Shown here: piece by piece, positions 51,600 to 63,194 of the stretch
Layout: each line of letters begins with the position of its first letter
How positions within the stretch are numbered: the first letter of the stretch is position 1
DNA from: a plasmid
Strand: one strand, 5' to 3'
Length of the DNA stretch: 64,000 bases
Sequence record: NZ_CP011600.1
Notes under the pieces: model-generated
Seen by the model: only the letters and a program-made list of their open reading frames with translations
Databases searched by the model: none
Told to the model about the DNA's origin: nothing
Made by a program: the position numbers and the translations under genes

Positions 51600-53417
51600 A
51601 TGCTGTTGAAAACGTCTCGACGAACTTTCCTGAAGGGGTTAACCCTCTCTGGCGTAGCCGGAAGTCTTGGCGTATGGAGTTTCAATGCGCGTTCCAGTCT
51701 GAGCCTGCCAGTTGCCGCATCCCTGCAGGGTACTCAGTTTGACCTGACCATTGGTGAAACGGCCGTCAATATCACGGGCAGTGAGCGTCAGGCCAAAACA
51801 ATCAATGGAGGCCTGCCGGGGCCCGTTCTTCGCTGGAAAGAAGGTGACACCATTACCCTGAAGGTCAAAAACCGTCTTAATGAACAGACGTCCATTCACT
51901 GGCACGGCATTATTCTTCCGGCCAATATGGATGGTGTTCCGGGGCTGAGTTTTATGGGCATAGAGCCTGATGATACCTACGTTTACACCTTTAAGGTTAA
52001 GCAGAACGGGACTTACTGGTACCACAGCCATTCCGGTCTGCAGGAACAGGAGGGGGTATACGGTGCCATTATCATCGATGCCAGGGAGCCAGAACCGTTT
52101 GCTTACGATCGTGAGCATGTGGTCATGTTGTCTGACTGGACCGATGAAAATCCTCACAGCCTGCTGAAAAAATTAAAAAAACAGTCGGATTACTACAATT
52201 TCAATAAACCAACCGTTGGCTCTTTTTTCCGCGACGTGAATACCAGGGGGCTGTCAGCCACCATTGCCGATCGGAAAATGTGGGCTGAAATGAAAATGAA
52301 TCCGACTGACCTCGCGGATGTCAGTGGCTACACCTACACCTATCTCATGAACGGGCAGGCCCCGCTGAAAAACTGGACCGGACTGTTCCGTCCCGGTGAA
52401 AAGATACGCTTACGGTTTATCAACGGCTCGGCAATGACCTATTTCGATATCCGTATCCCCGGGCTGAAAATGACGGTCGTGGCTGCAGATGGCCAGTATG
52501 TAAACCCGGTTACCGTTGACGAATTCAGGATTGCCGTTGCCGAAACCTATGATGTCATTGTGGAGCCTCAGGGTGAGGCCTATACCATCTTCGCACAATC
52601 CATGGACAGGACCGGTTACGCTCGAGGGACACTGGCCACGAGAGAGGGGTTAAGTGCTGCCGTTCCCCCCCTCGATCCCCGTCCTCTGTTGACCATGGAA
52701 GATATGGGTATGGGGGGAATGGGACATGATATGGCAGGAATGGACCACAGCCAGATGGGAGGCATGGATAACAGCGGAGAGATGATGTCTATGGACGGTG
52801 CTGACCTTCCGGATAGCGGGACATCCTCCGCGCCCATGGATCACAGCAGCATGGCCGGTATGGATCATTCCCGGATGGCCGGAATGCCGGGTATGCAAAG
52901 TCATCCTGCGTCAGAAACGGATAACCCACTGGTTGATATGCAGGCGATGAGCGTCTCTCCGAAATTAAATGATCCGGGTATTGGTCTTCGAAATAACGGA
53001 AGAAAGGTTCTCACGTACGCGGATTTGAAAAGCCGCTTTGAGGATCCTGACGGACGTGAACCTGGCCGTACCATAGAACTGCATTTAACCGGCCACATGG
53101 AAAAGTTTGCCTGGTCATTTAACGGAATCAAGTTTTCAGATGCCGCACCGGTGCTGCTGAAATACGGTGAGCGGCTCAGGATCACGCTGATCAACGATAC
53201 CATGATGACTCACCCCATTCACCTGCATGGTATGTGGAGCGATCTGGAAGATGAAAACGGTAATTTCATGGTTCGTAAACACACAATAGATGTTCCCCCT
53301 GGTACAAAACGCAGTTACAGAGTGACAGCAGATGCGCTTGGCCGCTGGGCGTATCACTGCCATTTGCTCTATCACATGGAAATGGGAATGTTTCGTGAAG
53401 TCCGGGTGGAGGAATGA
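51600..53417 (+). CDS. pcoA: PcoA multicopper oxidase (Tat-exported)
   Basis: Twin-arginine SRRTFLKG, cupredoxin His motifs (HWHG, HCH) and a Met-rich insert. Confidence 0.9.
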   Translation: MLLKTSRRTFLKGLTLSGVAGSLGVWSFNARSSLSLPVAASLQGTQFDLTIGETAVNITGSERQAKTINGGLPGPVLRWKEGDTITLKVKNRLNEQTSIHWHGIILPANMDGVPGLSFMGIEPDDTYVYTFKVKQNGTYWYHSHSGLQEQEGVYGAIIIDAREPEPFAYDREHVVMLSDWTDENPHSLLKKLKKQSDYYNFNKPTVGSFFRDVNTRGLSATIADRKMWAEMKMNPTDLADVSGYTYTYLMNGQAPLKNWTGLFRPGEKIRLRFINGSAMTYFDIRIPGLKMTVVAADGQYVNPVTVDEFRIAVAETYDVIVEPQGEAYTIFAQSMDRTGYARGTLATREGLSAAVPPLDPRPLLTMEDMGMGGMGHDMAGMDHSQMGGMDNSGEMMSMDGADLPDSGTSSAPMDHSSMAGMDHSRMAGMPGMQSHPASETDNPLVDMQAMSVSPKLNDPGIGLRNNGRKVLTYADLKSRFEDPDGREPGRTIELHLTGHMEKFAWSFNGIKFSDAAPVLLKYGERLRITLINDTMMTHPIHLHGMWSDLEDENGNFMVRKHTIDVPPGTKRSYRVTADALGRWAYHCHLLYHMEMGMFREVRVEE

Positions 53418-54313
53418 TGCGAATGAAGAGAAATTTGAAGGCCATACCTGTTCTGGTCGCCGGTTTCTTTACCTCACAGCTTTCTATTGCGGCGGGCTCC
53501 GTCTCTGCAGATCCCCACGCCGGGCACGACATGTCTGCCATGCAGATGCCAGCAGATGAGAATTTCACTGAGATGACGTCAATGGAGCCCATTGTAACTG
53601 AGAGCAGAACGCCAATTCCGCCTGTTACCGATGCCGACCGGAAGGCTGCATTCGGCAATTTACAGGGGCATGCGATTCACGACAGTGCGATTAATTATCT
53701 GGTTCTGCTGGATCAACTGGAATGGCAACGGTCGGATAACACCAACAATTTCAGCTGGAGTGTTAACAGCTGGATTGGAGGCGACACAGATCGGATTTGG
53801 CTAAAGAGTGAAGGTGAACGAAGCAATGGGGAAACGGAGGCGGCTGAAGCGCAGTTACTCTGGGGACATGCGGTTGGCCCATGGTGGGATTTGGTTGCGG
53901 GTGTCAGGCAGGATTTCAGACCTGCTTCTGCCCGGACCTGGGCTGCTGTCGGTTTTCAGGGGCTGGCACTCTATAATTTTGAGTCTGAAATTACGGGTTT
54001 TGTCAGTAATGGCGGAAAAGCAGCCCTTCGTCTGGGAGGAGAATACGACGTTTTACTGACTAACCGGCTCATACTCCAGCCATCCTATGAGGTGAATTTC
54101 TACAGTCAGGATGATGAATCGCGGGGTCGCGGCAGGGGACTGACTGACACAGAGCTGGGGCTCCGGCTGCGCTATGAAATACGCCGTGAGTTTGCACCCT
54201 ATATAGGCGTTTCCTGGAATCAACTTTACGGGAAAACATCCGATATGGCGAAAAGAGAAGGTGAGAAAGACCATCAGGTAGTATTCCTGGCGGGAGCCAG
54301 AATCTGGTTTTAA
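53414..54313 (+). CDS. pcoB: PcoB outer-membrane copper resistance protein
   Basis: Signal peptide and beta-barrel ending in a C-terminal F. Confidence 0.85.
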   Translation: MMRMKRNLKAIPVLVAGFFTSQLSIAAGSVSADPHAGHDMSAMQMPADENFTEMTSMEPIVTESRTPIPPVTDADRKAAFGNLQGHAIHDSAINYLVLLDQLEWQRSDNTNNFSWSVNSWIGGDTDRIWLKSEGERSNGETEAAEAQLLWGHAVGPWWDLVAGVRQDFRPASARTWAAVGFQGLALYNFESEITGFVSNGGKAALRLGGEYDVLLTNRLILQPSYEVNFYSQDDESRGRGRGLTDTELGLRLRYEIRREFAPYIGVSWNQLYGKTSDMAKREGEKDHQVVFLAGARIWF

Positions 54314-54352
54314 CGCACTGATATAAAACACTCAACTAAACAGGTAAATAAA

Positions 54353-54733
54353 ATGTCGATTTTAAATAAAGCCATTCTTACAGGTGGCCTCGTTATGGGC
54401 GTTGCTTTCTCTGCTATGGCCCATCCGGAATTAAAAAGCTCTGTGCCACAGGCTGATTCAGCCGTAGCGGCCCCGGAAAAGATTCAGCTTAATTTCTCGG
54501 AAAATCTGACCGTGAAATTCTCAGGTGCAAAATTAACGATGACGGGTATGAAAGGCATGTCATCACATTCTCCGATGCCGGTCGCGGCAAAAGTGGCGCC
54601 AGGCGCTGACCCTAAATCGATGGTCATTATTCCGCGAGAGCCTTTACCCGCTGGCACTTATCGTGTTGACTGGCGCGCGGTTTCTTCAGATACGCACCCT
54701 ATTACCGGTAATTACACCTTTACAGTGAAGTAA
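54353..54733 (+). CDS. pcoC: PcoC periplasmic copper chaperone (CopC family)
   Basis: CopC fold and Met-rich loop [13 protein letters not shown]. Confidence 0.85.
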
Positions 54734-54737
54734 TATT

Positions 54738-55667
54738 ATGAACGACCTGATTATGATTGTTATTCGTTTTCTTCTTTATCTGGATTTGATGGTAATATTT
54801 GGATTGCCATTTTTTCAGATATATGGAATAAGCGGTGTCAGACATGAAACCTATAACCTGACTAATTTCAGGTCGTTTATAACCTTTGCTGTTGTTACAG
54901 GCATCATTCTTACTGGCATTAATATGCTCCTGGTATCTAATGCCATGAGTGGAGTAACTGACCTCAGAGAATTATCCATCCATGTTATCGAGATGGTGAT
55001 AGAAGAAACTGATGTGGGTATTAGCTGGATTGTCAGGCTCTGTGCCCTGTTTACCACACTCGGTGCTTTGTTCCTTTACACTAATAAGAGAGTATTGTCC
55101 TGCCTGCTGATGACGATGAGTGGGGGCGTGGCGCTGGCTACACTTGCCTGGGGAGGACACGCCGTTATGCATGACGGTCTGCATTACTATCTCCATTTAC
55201 TGAGCGATCTGACCCATCTCGGCGCTGCAGGTGCCTGGACAGGTGCTCTGGTTGCATTTGCTATCCTGCTGATGCGCAGAAACGAGCATAATGCACAGAG
55301 CGTCATTGTGATATCTGACTCCCTGGCAAAATTTGCCACGGCAGGAACGGTGATTGTTGTAGCCCTGATCCTGAGTGCGCTGGTCAACTATCTGTATATT
55401 GCTGAGGGTAACTTAACTCCCTTATTCAACAGTTCCTGGGGGAGGATATTGCTTGCCAAGACGGCTCTGTTTGTTCTGATGCTTCTTCTGGCTGCAGCAA
55501 ACCGGTTTCACCTGGGTCCCCGGCTTGAAGTTATGGTCAGGGAAGGGAATTATGATCGCAGCGTTGCCCTGATGCGAAACAGCATCCTGACAGAATTCGT
55601 TGTTGCGATTATCATTTTGGGCGCCGTAGCGTGGCTCGGAATGCTTGCTCCGTCTCAGGTCAGCTAG
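54738..55667 (+). CDS. pcoD: PcoD inner-membrane copper transporter (CopD family)
   Basis: 8 TM helices. Confidence 0.85.
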
Positions 55668-55715
55668 GGGACAGCCAAAGCTCATGCGTGAGATTTTTAC
55701 TTTCATATCAGCGAG

Positions 55716-56402
55716 TTGACCATGCAGCGTATTTTAATCGTTGAAGACGAACAAAAAACAGGTCGTTACCTGCAGCAGGGACTGGTTGAGGAAGGCTATC
55801 AGGCCGATCTCTTTAATAATGGCCGCGATGGTCTCGGGGCCGCGTCGAAGGGACAGTATGATTTGATAATACTGGACGTGATGCTTCCTTTCCTCGACGG
55901 GTGGCAAATCATCAGCGCACTGAGGGAGTCCGGGCACGAAGAACCGGTCCTGTTTTTAACCGCAAAGGACAACGTGCGGGACAAAGTGAAAGGACTGGAG
56001 CTTGGCGCAGATGACTACCTGATTAAGCCCTTTGATTTTACGGAGCTGGTTGCACGTGTAAGAACCCTACTGCGCCGGGCACGCTCGCAGGCCGCAACAG
56101 TCTGCACCATCGCCGATATGACCGTTGATATGGTGCGCCGGACCGTGATCCGTTCGGGGAAGAAGATCCATCTCACCGGTAAAGAATACGTTCTGCTTGA
56201 GTTGCTGCTGCAACGCACCGGAGAAGTGTTACCCAGGAGTCTTATCTCGTCCCTGGTCTGGAACATGAATTTTGACAGTGATACGAATGTGATTGATGTC
56301 GCCGTGAGACGTCTGAGAAGTAAAATTGATGATGACTTTGAGCCAAAACTGATCCATACCGTTCGCGGTGCCGGATATGTCCTGGAGATCAGAGAAGAGT
56401 GA
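55716..56402 (+). CDS. pcoR: PcoR OmpR-family response regulator
   Basis: Receiver domain plus winged helix. Paralogue of SilR. Confidence 0.9.
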   Translation: MTMQRILIVEDEQKTGRYLQQGLVEEGYQADLFNNGRDGLGAASKGQYDLIILDVMLPFLDGWQIISALRESGHEEPVLFLTAKDNVRDKVKGLELGADDYLIKPFDFTELVARVRTLLRRARSQAATVCTIADMTVDMVRRTVIRSGKKIHLTGKEYVLLELLLQRTGEVLPRSLISSLVWNMNFDSDTNVIDVAVRRLRSKIDDDFEPKLIHTVRGAGYVLEIREE

Positions 56403-57799
56403 GGTTCAAAATTTCCCTGACCACACGCCTGAGCCTGATTTTTTCTGCGGTGATGCTTACGGTATGGTGGTTATCAAGTTTTATCCTGATTAGCACCCTG
56501 AATGGCTATTTCGATAATCAGGACCGCGATTTTCTGACAGGTAAACTTCAGCTCACCGAAGAGTTTCTTAAAACAGAGACGTTCAGGAACAAAACGGATA
56601 TTAAGTCATTATCAGAAAAAATAAACGATGCGATGGTGGGGCACAATGGCTTATTCATTTCTATAAAAAACATGGAAAATGAAAAAATTGTTGAACTCTA
56701 TGCCAACAATTCTGTTGTTCCAGCGGTCCTGCTTAACAAGTCGGGTGATATTCTCGACTATATGATCCAGACGGAAGAAAATAACACCGTGTACCGCAGT
56801 ATCTCGCGGCGGGTTGCCGTGACGCCGGAACAGGGTAAAAGCAAACATTTCATCATTACGGTTGCCACGGATACTGGGTATCACACCCTGTTTATGGACA
56901 AACTCAGTACCTGGCTGTTCTGGTTCAATATCGGTCTGGTCTTTATTTCTGTTTTTCTGGGCTGGCTGACCACACGTATTGGTCTGAAACCGTTACGGGA
57001 AATGACCAGTCTGGCTTCCTCCATGACCGTACACAGCCTGGATCAGCGTCTTAATCCCGATCTGGCTCCGCCGGAAATCTCTGAGACCATGCAGGAGTTC
57101 AATAATATGTTCGATCGCCTGGAGGGGTCATTCCGGAAACTGTCAGATTTCTCGTCTGACATCGCGCATGAGCTGCGCACGCCAGTCAGTAATCTGATGA
57201 TGCAGACGCAGTTTGCACTGGCTAAGGAAAGGGATGTTTCGCATTACCGCGAAATTTTATTCGCTAACCTGGAAGAACTGAAAAGGTTGTCACGAATGAC
57301 CAGTGACATGCTTTTTCTGGCACGTTCAGAGCATGGTCTGCTGCAGCTGGATAAACATGATGTGGATCTGGCAGCCGAACTGAATGAATTACGTGAGTTA
57401 TTCGAGCCCCTGGCAGACGAAACAGGAAAGACAATCACGGTTGAAGGAGAGGGCGTTGTTGCCGGAGACAGCGATATGCTGCGACGTGCTTTCAGTAACC
57501 TGCTTTCCAATGCAATCAAGTATTCTCCCGATAACACCTGTACAGCGATACACCTTGAGCGTGACAGTGACTGTGTGAACGTGATGATTACGAATACGAT
57601 GTCCGGCCAGGTTCCCGCTAATCTGGAACGTTTGTTTGACCGGTTCTATCGCGCAGACTCATCAAGGTTCTACAACACGGAAGGCGCGGGGCTGGGATTA
57701 TCAATTACAAGGTCGATCATTCATGCTCACGGCGGCGAGCTGTCAGCAGAACAGCAGGGGCGGGAAATTGTGTTCAAAGTGCGCCTGTTAATGGATTAA
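56399..57799 (+). CDS. pcoS: PcoS sensor histidine kinase
   Basis: TM helices, HAMP, H-box HELRTP, G-box. Confidence 0.9.
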   Translation: MRFKISLTTRLSLIFSAVMLTVWWLSSFILISTLNGYFDNQDRDFLTGKLQLTEEFLKTETFRNKTDIKSLSEKINDAMVGHNGLFISIKNMENEKIVELYANNSVVPAVLLNKSGDILDYMIQTEENNTVYRSISRRVAVTPEQGKSKHFIITVATDTGYHTLFMDKLSTWLFWFNIGLVFISVFLGWLTTRIGLKPLREMTSLASSMTVHSLDQRLNPDLAPPEISETMQEFNNMFDRLEGSFRKLSDFSSDIAHELRTPVSNLMMQTQFALAKERDVSHYREILFANLEELKRLSRMTSDMLFLARSEHGLLQLDKHDVDLAAELNELRELFEPLADETGKTITVEGEGVVAGDSDMLRRAFSNLLSNAIKYSPDNTCTAIHLERDSDCVNVMITNTMSGQVPANLERLFDRFYRADSSRFYNTEGAGLGLSITRSIIHAHGGELSAEQQGREIVFKVRLLMD

Positions 57800-57827
57800 T
57801 CCCGTTGTTCAGGAGAAACCCGGAAGG

Positions 57828-57842
57828 TGACAAAATTGTCAT
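57828..57842. promoter_or_regulatory. Copper box TGACAAAATTGTCAT in the pcoE promoter
   Basis: Core of the CusR/PcoR consensus palindrome, about 175 bp 5' of pcoE. Confidence 0.5.
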
Positions 57843-58016
57843 CATTCAGTCACGCGATAAACAGAGGCGGTTTTTTATAATTATTCATAAATCAGGAGCA
57901 GCGTGATAACACAATCACCTGGTTCCTGGAGTGATGATTAACCCGCCCTGAGATCAACTGCTTTCTCTGTTATAAGCCATTGATTGTTTGGGTATGTAAA
58001 CACCGGAGACCCAACC

Positions 58017-58451
58017 ATGAAAAAGATTCTCGTATCATTTGTTGCCATTATGGCTGTCGCTTCATCCGCCATGGCTGCAGAGACAATGAACATGCATGAC
58101 CAGGTAAATAATGCCCAGGCACCTGCCCATCAGATGCAGTCATCCGCTGAAAAAAGTGCAGTTCAGGGGGAGAGCATGAAAATGATGGATATGAGCGGTC
58201 ACGATCAGGCCGCTATGTCCCATGAAATGATGCAAAACGGCAATTCTGCCGCCCATCAGGACATGGCTGAAATGCATAAAAAAATGATGAAAGCCAAACC
58301 TGAGAACACCCAAGAAACTGCTAAGCCATTTTCCGAAATGAGCGAGCATGAGAAAGCCGCTGTTGTGCATGAGAAGGCGAATAATGGCCAGTCTTCCGTT
58401 ATTCATCAGCAAGAGGCGGAAAAGCATCGCAGCCAGATCACCCAGAATTAA
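58017..58451 (+). CDS. pcoE: PcoE periplasmic copper-binding protein (SilE family)
   Basis: MKKILVSFVAIMAVASSAMA signal peptide and Met/His-rich repeats. Start trimmed from the track ORF. Confidence 0.85.
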   Translation: MKKILVSFVAIMAVASSAMAAETMNMHDQVNNAQAPAHQMQSSAEKSAVQGESMKMMDMSGHDQAAMSHEMMQNGNSAAHQDMAEMHKKMMKAKPENTQETAKPFSEMSEHEKAAVVHEKANNGQSSVIHQQEAEKHRSQITQN

Positions 58452-58503
58452 CCCGCAGCTCCACTTGTCAGACCCTCATTTGACGCCGAAGTCACTGGCT
58501 TAC

Positions 58504-58527
58504 GCTCCCGTCCGGGAGCGTTTTTTT
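58504..58527 (+). terminator. Rho-independent terminator after pcoE
   Basis: gctcccgtccgggagc hairpin followed by ttttttt. Confidence 0.5.
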
Positions 58528-58680
58528 AAACCAAATGAAAGATTATGTCTGTGTATGATTAATCGTAGTCTGCGGCCTGTTATGAACTAAATGAACGACG
58601 GACTAAATTTAACATAAGATAGATTGTACGAACTAAGTATTTGATATTAAAGAATTAATAACAATCTCTCTTAGCTTTCG

Positions 58681-58977
58681 TTATCTCCAGGGCTCGTGTC
58701 GTGATGTATCCTGAGACTGGCTGAGAATACGGATGATTGTGACCACTGCATACGATGACACGAAGTAGATCATGTGCTTCTCCACTGGCTGCGAGTAGAT
58801 ATCCTCTCCCAGTTCCGGGCGCTGAGTTCCAATGTTATGCGTGGCCAGCACGTCAAACACCGCCGCTATCCTACCAATATATTCATCCGCCTGAGTCCCC
58901 CCGAACTGTCTGAAGCTGTAGTCCCAGATAGAATCCAGATCTTCTTCTGCTTTTGGTGTCAGCTCAATCCCTTTCAT
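58681..58977 (-). CDS. parE: ParE/RelE-family type II toxin
   Basis: 98 aa. Overlaps the upstream antitoxin gene. Confidence 0.7.
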   Translation of the reverse strand: MKGIELTPKAEEDLDSIWDYSFRQFGGTQADEYIGRIAAVFDVLATHNIGTQRPELGEDIYSQPVEKHMIYFVSSYAVVTIIRILSQSQDTSRHEPWR

Positions 58978-59224
58978 TTGCCGCCCTGGCTTTAACCTTC
59001 ATCAGGAAAGCATCCTTGTTCCATGGCTTCGCGTCGCCGCTGCTGATCCCCTCAGCCAGCAGATCACGCAACGCCTGCAGACGGGATTCAGCCTGTTTCT
59101 CACGCAGTAGTCGCAGTGCGTCACGCATTACCTCGCTCTGGGTGCGATAATCACCGGCTTTGACCAGTGAATCGATAAATTCACGCAGTTCATCGCCAAC
59201 ATCAACTGTCATCGTCCGGGCCAT
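58964..59224 (-). CDS. parD: ParD-like RHH antitoxin
   Basis: 86 aa with an RHH N-terminus (MARTMTVDVGDELREFIDSLVKAGDYRTQSEVMRDALRLL). Confidence 0.7.
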   Translation of the reverse strand: MARTMTVDVGDELREFIDSLVKAGDYRTQSEVMRDALRLLREKQAESRLQALRDLLAEGISSGDAKPWNKDAFLMKVKARAANERD

Positions 59225-59242
59225 TAGACCTCCTGTAATTGA

Positions 59243-59261
59243 TGTAAGATTTTTTCTTACA
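59243..59261. promoter_or_regulatory. Operator-like palindrome TGTAAGAtttttTCTTACA upstream of parD
   Basis: Perfect 7-bp arms about 20-40 bp 5' of the antitoxin start. Confidence 0.45.
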
Positions 59262-59568
59262 TGCAGTATATCAGTTTAGCTCCCTTCTTTCATTCCTTGT
59301 TCTGGCATCAGCCCATAATGATTGACACAGGATCCGACTTTGCCTTTTTTCGGATCTGGTGTGAAAAAGTGAGAAGTAAAGATATGTTAAGCATATCCAT
59401 ATGCCCTGCATCTGCATAGGTAAGGCATACGCACATACCTGCCATCTGCATATGTTAACCATATACATATGTACAGCATCTGCCTATACTGAACATATGC
59501 ACACACCCGGTGCAATGAACACCATTCCGGATATGCGCCACATATCCACACTTACCCGGGAGAGAATC

Positions 59569-59799
59569 ATGAGAACCGTATCTATTTTCAAAAACGGCAA
59601 CAACCGCGCCATCCGTCTGCCCCGTGACATGGATTTTGAGGGGGTGAGCGAGCTGGAGATCGTCCGGGAAGGAGACCGCATCATTCTGCGTCCCGTCCGG
59701 CCGACCTGGGGCTCGTTCGCGAAGATGGAAAAAGCAGACCCGGACTTTATGGCGGAGCGTGAGGACGTTGTCAGTGACGAAGGACGGGTTGACCTGTGA
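59569..59799 (+). CDS. vapB: VapB (AbrB/SpoVT-type) antitoxin
   Basis: MRTVSIFKNGNNRAIRLPRDM... Trimmed from the longer track ORF. Confidence 0.75.
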   Translation: MRTVSIFKNGNNRAIRLPRDMDFEGVSELEIVREGDRIILRPVRPTWGSFAKMEKADPDFMAEREDVVSDEGRVDL

Positions 59800-60212
59800 A
59801 CAAAACGTATATGCTGGACACTAACATCTGCTCATTAATCATGCGCGAGCAACCGGAAGCGGTCCTGAAGCGCCTGGAGCAGGCGGTGCTGCGCAACCAC
59901 CGCACTGTGATCTCGGCCATCACCTACCAGGAGATGCGCTCCGGCGCCACGGGCCCGAAGGCTTCGCCGCGCCATATTGCGCTGGTTGATGCGTTCTGCG
60001 CCCGCCTCGATGCCATCCTGCCCTGGGATCGCGCGGCGGTCGACGCTACCACGGACATCCGGGTGGCGCTGCGCCTCGCAGGCACGCCGATCGGCCCGAA
60101 TGACACGGCCATTGCCGGGCATGCGGTTGCCGCCGGCGCCATCCTGGTGACCAACAATACAAGAGAGTTTGAACGGGTTCCGGGTCTGGTGCTGGAAGAC
60201 TGGGTAAATTAA
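59796..60212 (+). CDS. vapC: VapC PIN-domain toxin
   Basis: MLDTNICS... PIN domain with acidic residues. Overlaps the vapB stop. Confidence 0.8.
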   Translation: MNKTYMLDTNICSLIMREQPEAVLKRLEQAVLRNHRTVISAITYQEMRSGATGPKASPRHIALVDAFCARLDAILPWDRAAVDATTDIRVALRLAGTPIGPNDTAIAGHAVAAGAILVTNNTREFERVPGLVLEDWVN

Positions 60213-60398
60213 AAAAGCATTTTCTGAGGTTGCGAAAGTCCGCTTCGTGCCCGGGGAGGGCATTATGCATACCAGGGAAGCAAAACCGGAATGCTTCCCC
60301 GTGTGGTGCGCTGCATCATGAAAACCTCCTGCCTTTTAACCGGAATGGCTGGTTAAGTGCTTAAGTGGGAACAACCTCTGCCTTCGCAAAGAGGGGCC

Positions 60399-61628
60399 TT
60401 AACCGAAAGAAATCTCGTCCGCCCATTTTGTCGCTGCCTGCATGGCCTCGATGACGGAGAACTCACTGATATTCAGCGTATGGCAGATTTCTGAAGCGCC
60501 TTCCCAGTTATACTGTTCATAACACAGAGAAAGAGCCAGTATGTTATAAAGATCTCCTTGATGTTCACAAAGCGCAGCTGAGACAGCATGCGGAACTGAT
60601 ATCTGTTTAATTAAATCTTCCATCGGTACTTCAAGAATAATATCTAACAAGGAGAACAGGCCACACACAAATGCATTACAGGGTAATAAAGCGCGTTCTG
60701 TCTGGCGGGCAATCAGTTCACAAAATTTCCCGCGGACCATACTTAAATGATAGCACTCAGAAACGCCAGCCACGCCCATATTTGCCAGTGCAGCTACCGT
60801 AACAAAACGCCTTATCGCATCACACCCCAGATATATCAGCATTTCTTTCAGGGTAAAATTATCTGTTTTCATAATGCCATGCGATTTAAACAGTAAGTTT
60901 CTTACATAACGCATTATTTTATAAGACAACGTCAGATCCGTTTTTAGCAGGCTTTCAATAGCTGAAAAATCAGGGGCCTCCCTGTTTACCTCCATCATCA
61001 GCCTGCACAAAGAGAGCGTATTCTGAGGAAGACATTTATTCTTCATAATCTCGGGCCGGCTAAAGAAATACCCCTGAAAAAAAGAGAAACCCGCGCTCCT
61101 GTACAGATCAAATTCTTCCTTCGTCTCCACTTTTTCTGCGAGAAATTCTGTGGCTTTTAACCAATCTTGTTTTACGTTTATATAATGAAGGATATCCTGA
61201 TAGCTATTTCCTCTTATATCAAATTTAATGACACTGATATACCTGAGGAAGCGATCCCACGAGTCTTTCATCGTGAAATCATCGAGGGCAAGCTGATAGC
61301 CTTTGTTATGCAGGTCCTTCACCGCATCGAAGAGCCTTTCATCAGGTATGGCGTTTTCAAGAATTTCGATAACCACATTCTCGTGCGGCAAAGCGTCTCC
61401 CAGGCCACTGATGAGCATCTGGTGCGGAACATTGATATAAGCACTATGACTGCAGGCAATGCGGGGAACAGGAATGCAAAGAAACTGATCTGATATCACC
61501 CGTGAAGTGGCATATTCTGGCGAAACATCAGGAAAAGCATTATTCATACCATCCCTGAAAAGAAGCTCATAAGCGATAGTGCGCATTTCCCGGTCAAAAA
61601 TGGGCTGGCGTGCAATGTAGGAATACAT
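60399..61628 (-). CDS. EAL-domain protein with C-terminal HDOD-like domain (c-di-GMP phosphodiesterase-like or regulator)
   Basis: N-terminal QPIFD....ELLFR EAL signature. The C-terminal half resembles HDOD. Confidence 0.6.
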   Translation of the reverse strand: MYSYIARQPIFDREMRTIAYELLFRDGMNNAFPDVSPEYATSRVISDQFLCIPVPRIACSHSAYINVPHQMLISGLGDALPHENVVIEILENAIPDERLFDAVKDLHNKGYQLALDDFTMKDSWDRFLRYISVIKFDIRGNSYQDILHYINVKQDWLKATEFLAEKVETKEEFDLYRSAGFSFFQGYFFSRPEIMKNKCLPQNTLSLCRLMMEVNREAPDFSAIESLLKTDLTLSYKIMRYVRNLLFKSHGIMKTDNFTLKEMLIYLGCDAIRRFVTVAALANMGVAGVSECYHLSMVRGKFCELIARQTERALLPCNAFVCGLFSLLDIILEVPMEDLIKQISVPHAVSAALCEHQGDLYNILALSLCYEQYNWEGASEICHTLNISEFSVIEAMQAATKWADEISFG

Positions 61629-63194
61629 GTTTATTGTCCACAGATCAGAATTAAGGTTTTAATCAGTTCAAGCTTAACACAGACTATTTCAGCAATAAAT
61701 GTGATCCGGTGCAAAAATCATGCATAAAAGAACCGGGAATATACGACATCCATATTCCCGGAAAAAAGAATTGATCACTGAGTTGTTACATAACTACATC
61801 ATGATTGTGTTCGCAAGGATGGCTGCTGTCCAGAGGGAGTAAATCTTTATCCTAAATATTTGACACATTTCAAAGAACCAGAAGTAATGAATACACCTTC
61901 ACCCTCCGCTATCAGTTGACGCAACTGATTCGAATTATCGTAAATATATTTTAATAAGCTAACAAACCATGATCGGGCTACGTATTAATTATTCCCGATA
62001 CATCATGAATAAGAATGCAACATTTTTCTGTGAATATTCACGCGTAAAGAGTACTCGTAAACTGCGAAAGTTCTGTATAGTGTGAATACACCTGTCTATT
62101 AATGAAATTTATTCGTGCTGTGACCGGAATCATTCAGATCCCGGAGAGGTAAAAACCTGTCCATCCCCGCCATGCTTCCGGCGATCGGATGGCCTGGCTG
62201 AACCCGGCCCTGCTGAACGGTTCAGGTTTAAGGTTCCTTTGCGTACTGCAGTGATAACGCCCAGGGCAATACCTGTGAAAGCCTGCCGACATAACAGCAA
62301 AAACAGAATTTCAGATGGCAGTTACAGAGTTTCACTGTCGTGTAATCAGGGCCTTTCCCTCCATCCGGAATGGCGTACGGCAGCAGGCACAGTGCATCCT
62401 CTGACCGCCTGTTGCATAACAGATATTTCACCCCTTTTTCTGACGTGGCCGGATGAATACCTTCCCATTATGTCAGAATACCCATGGTAATGCGTCTGAT
62501 GAACAGCAAAGAAAGGCCATATAATCTTAATGAACTTGTCGGGGAAGCTGCCTTCGATGTTCTTTTAACGGCTCAGCCTGTCACGACCGCCTCGATAATT
62601 CTTGCATTGCGGGCGCGCATGCTTACAGAACAGAACAGTGAAAGATGTCTCGCCTATCAGGGTGCAATTGACACTCTTACTTCTTACGCAGAAGCAGCCA
62701 GTGTTCAGCGATCGCCGAGGAAGAAGGGCATTACCCGTTCACCTGCGGAACAGTTTCCCCCTGTACGGCCAGGTAAATACCGGCACTGACTTCGCTGATC
62801 CAGCGGGACAGACGTGAAAGCCCGCCCCCCAATCCTGATGGCATACTCCAGGGAGATATAAACACGTAACGGACAAATCTGAAGAAGACCACAGTGCAGG
62901 GCAGTAATGGCGGAAGAACACGCCAGCACTGATGGTTCATTGTGATGTGTCTGCCGGGCCGGCGTTACCGACGAAGATGTCATCAATCTGGCTTCAGACT
63001 GACTGTCGTGCCCGGCCATCCTTTTTCAGTTTTTCCGGTAAGGATGTCAGCGGCAGCAACAGGTCATCCCTTCCGTTACTGTTTCTGATCCTCGTACTGG
63101 TAATCATCAGACGCGGGTTAATATGTAAAACTGCCGGGATGCAACTCAGGACCGGAAGACACAGAGAGTTACGGTTCGTGTTAAAAAATTTAAT

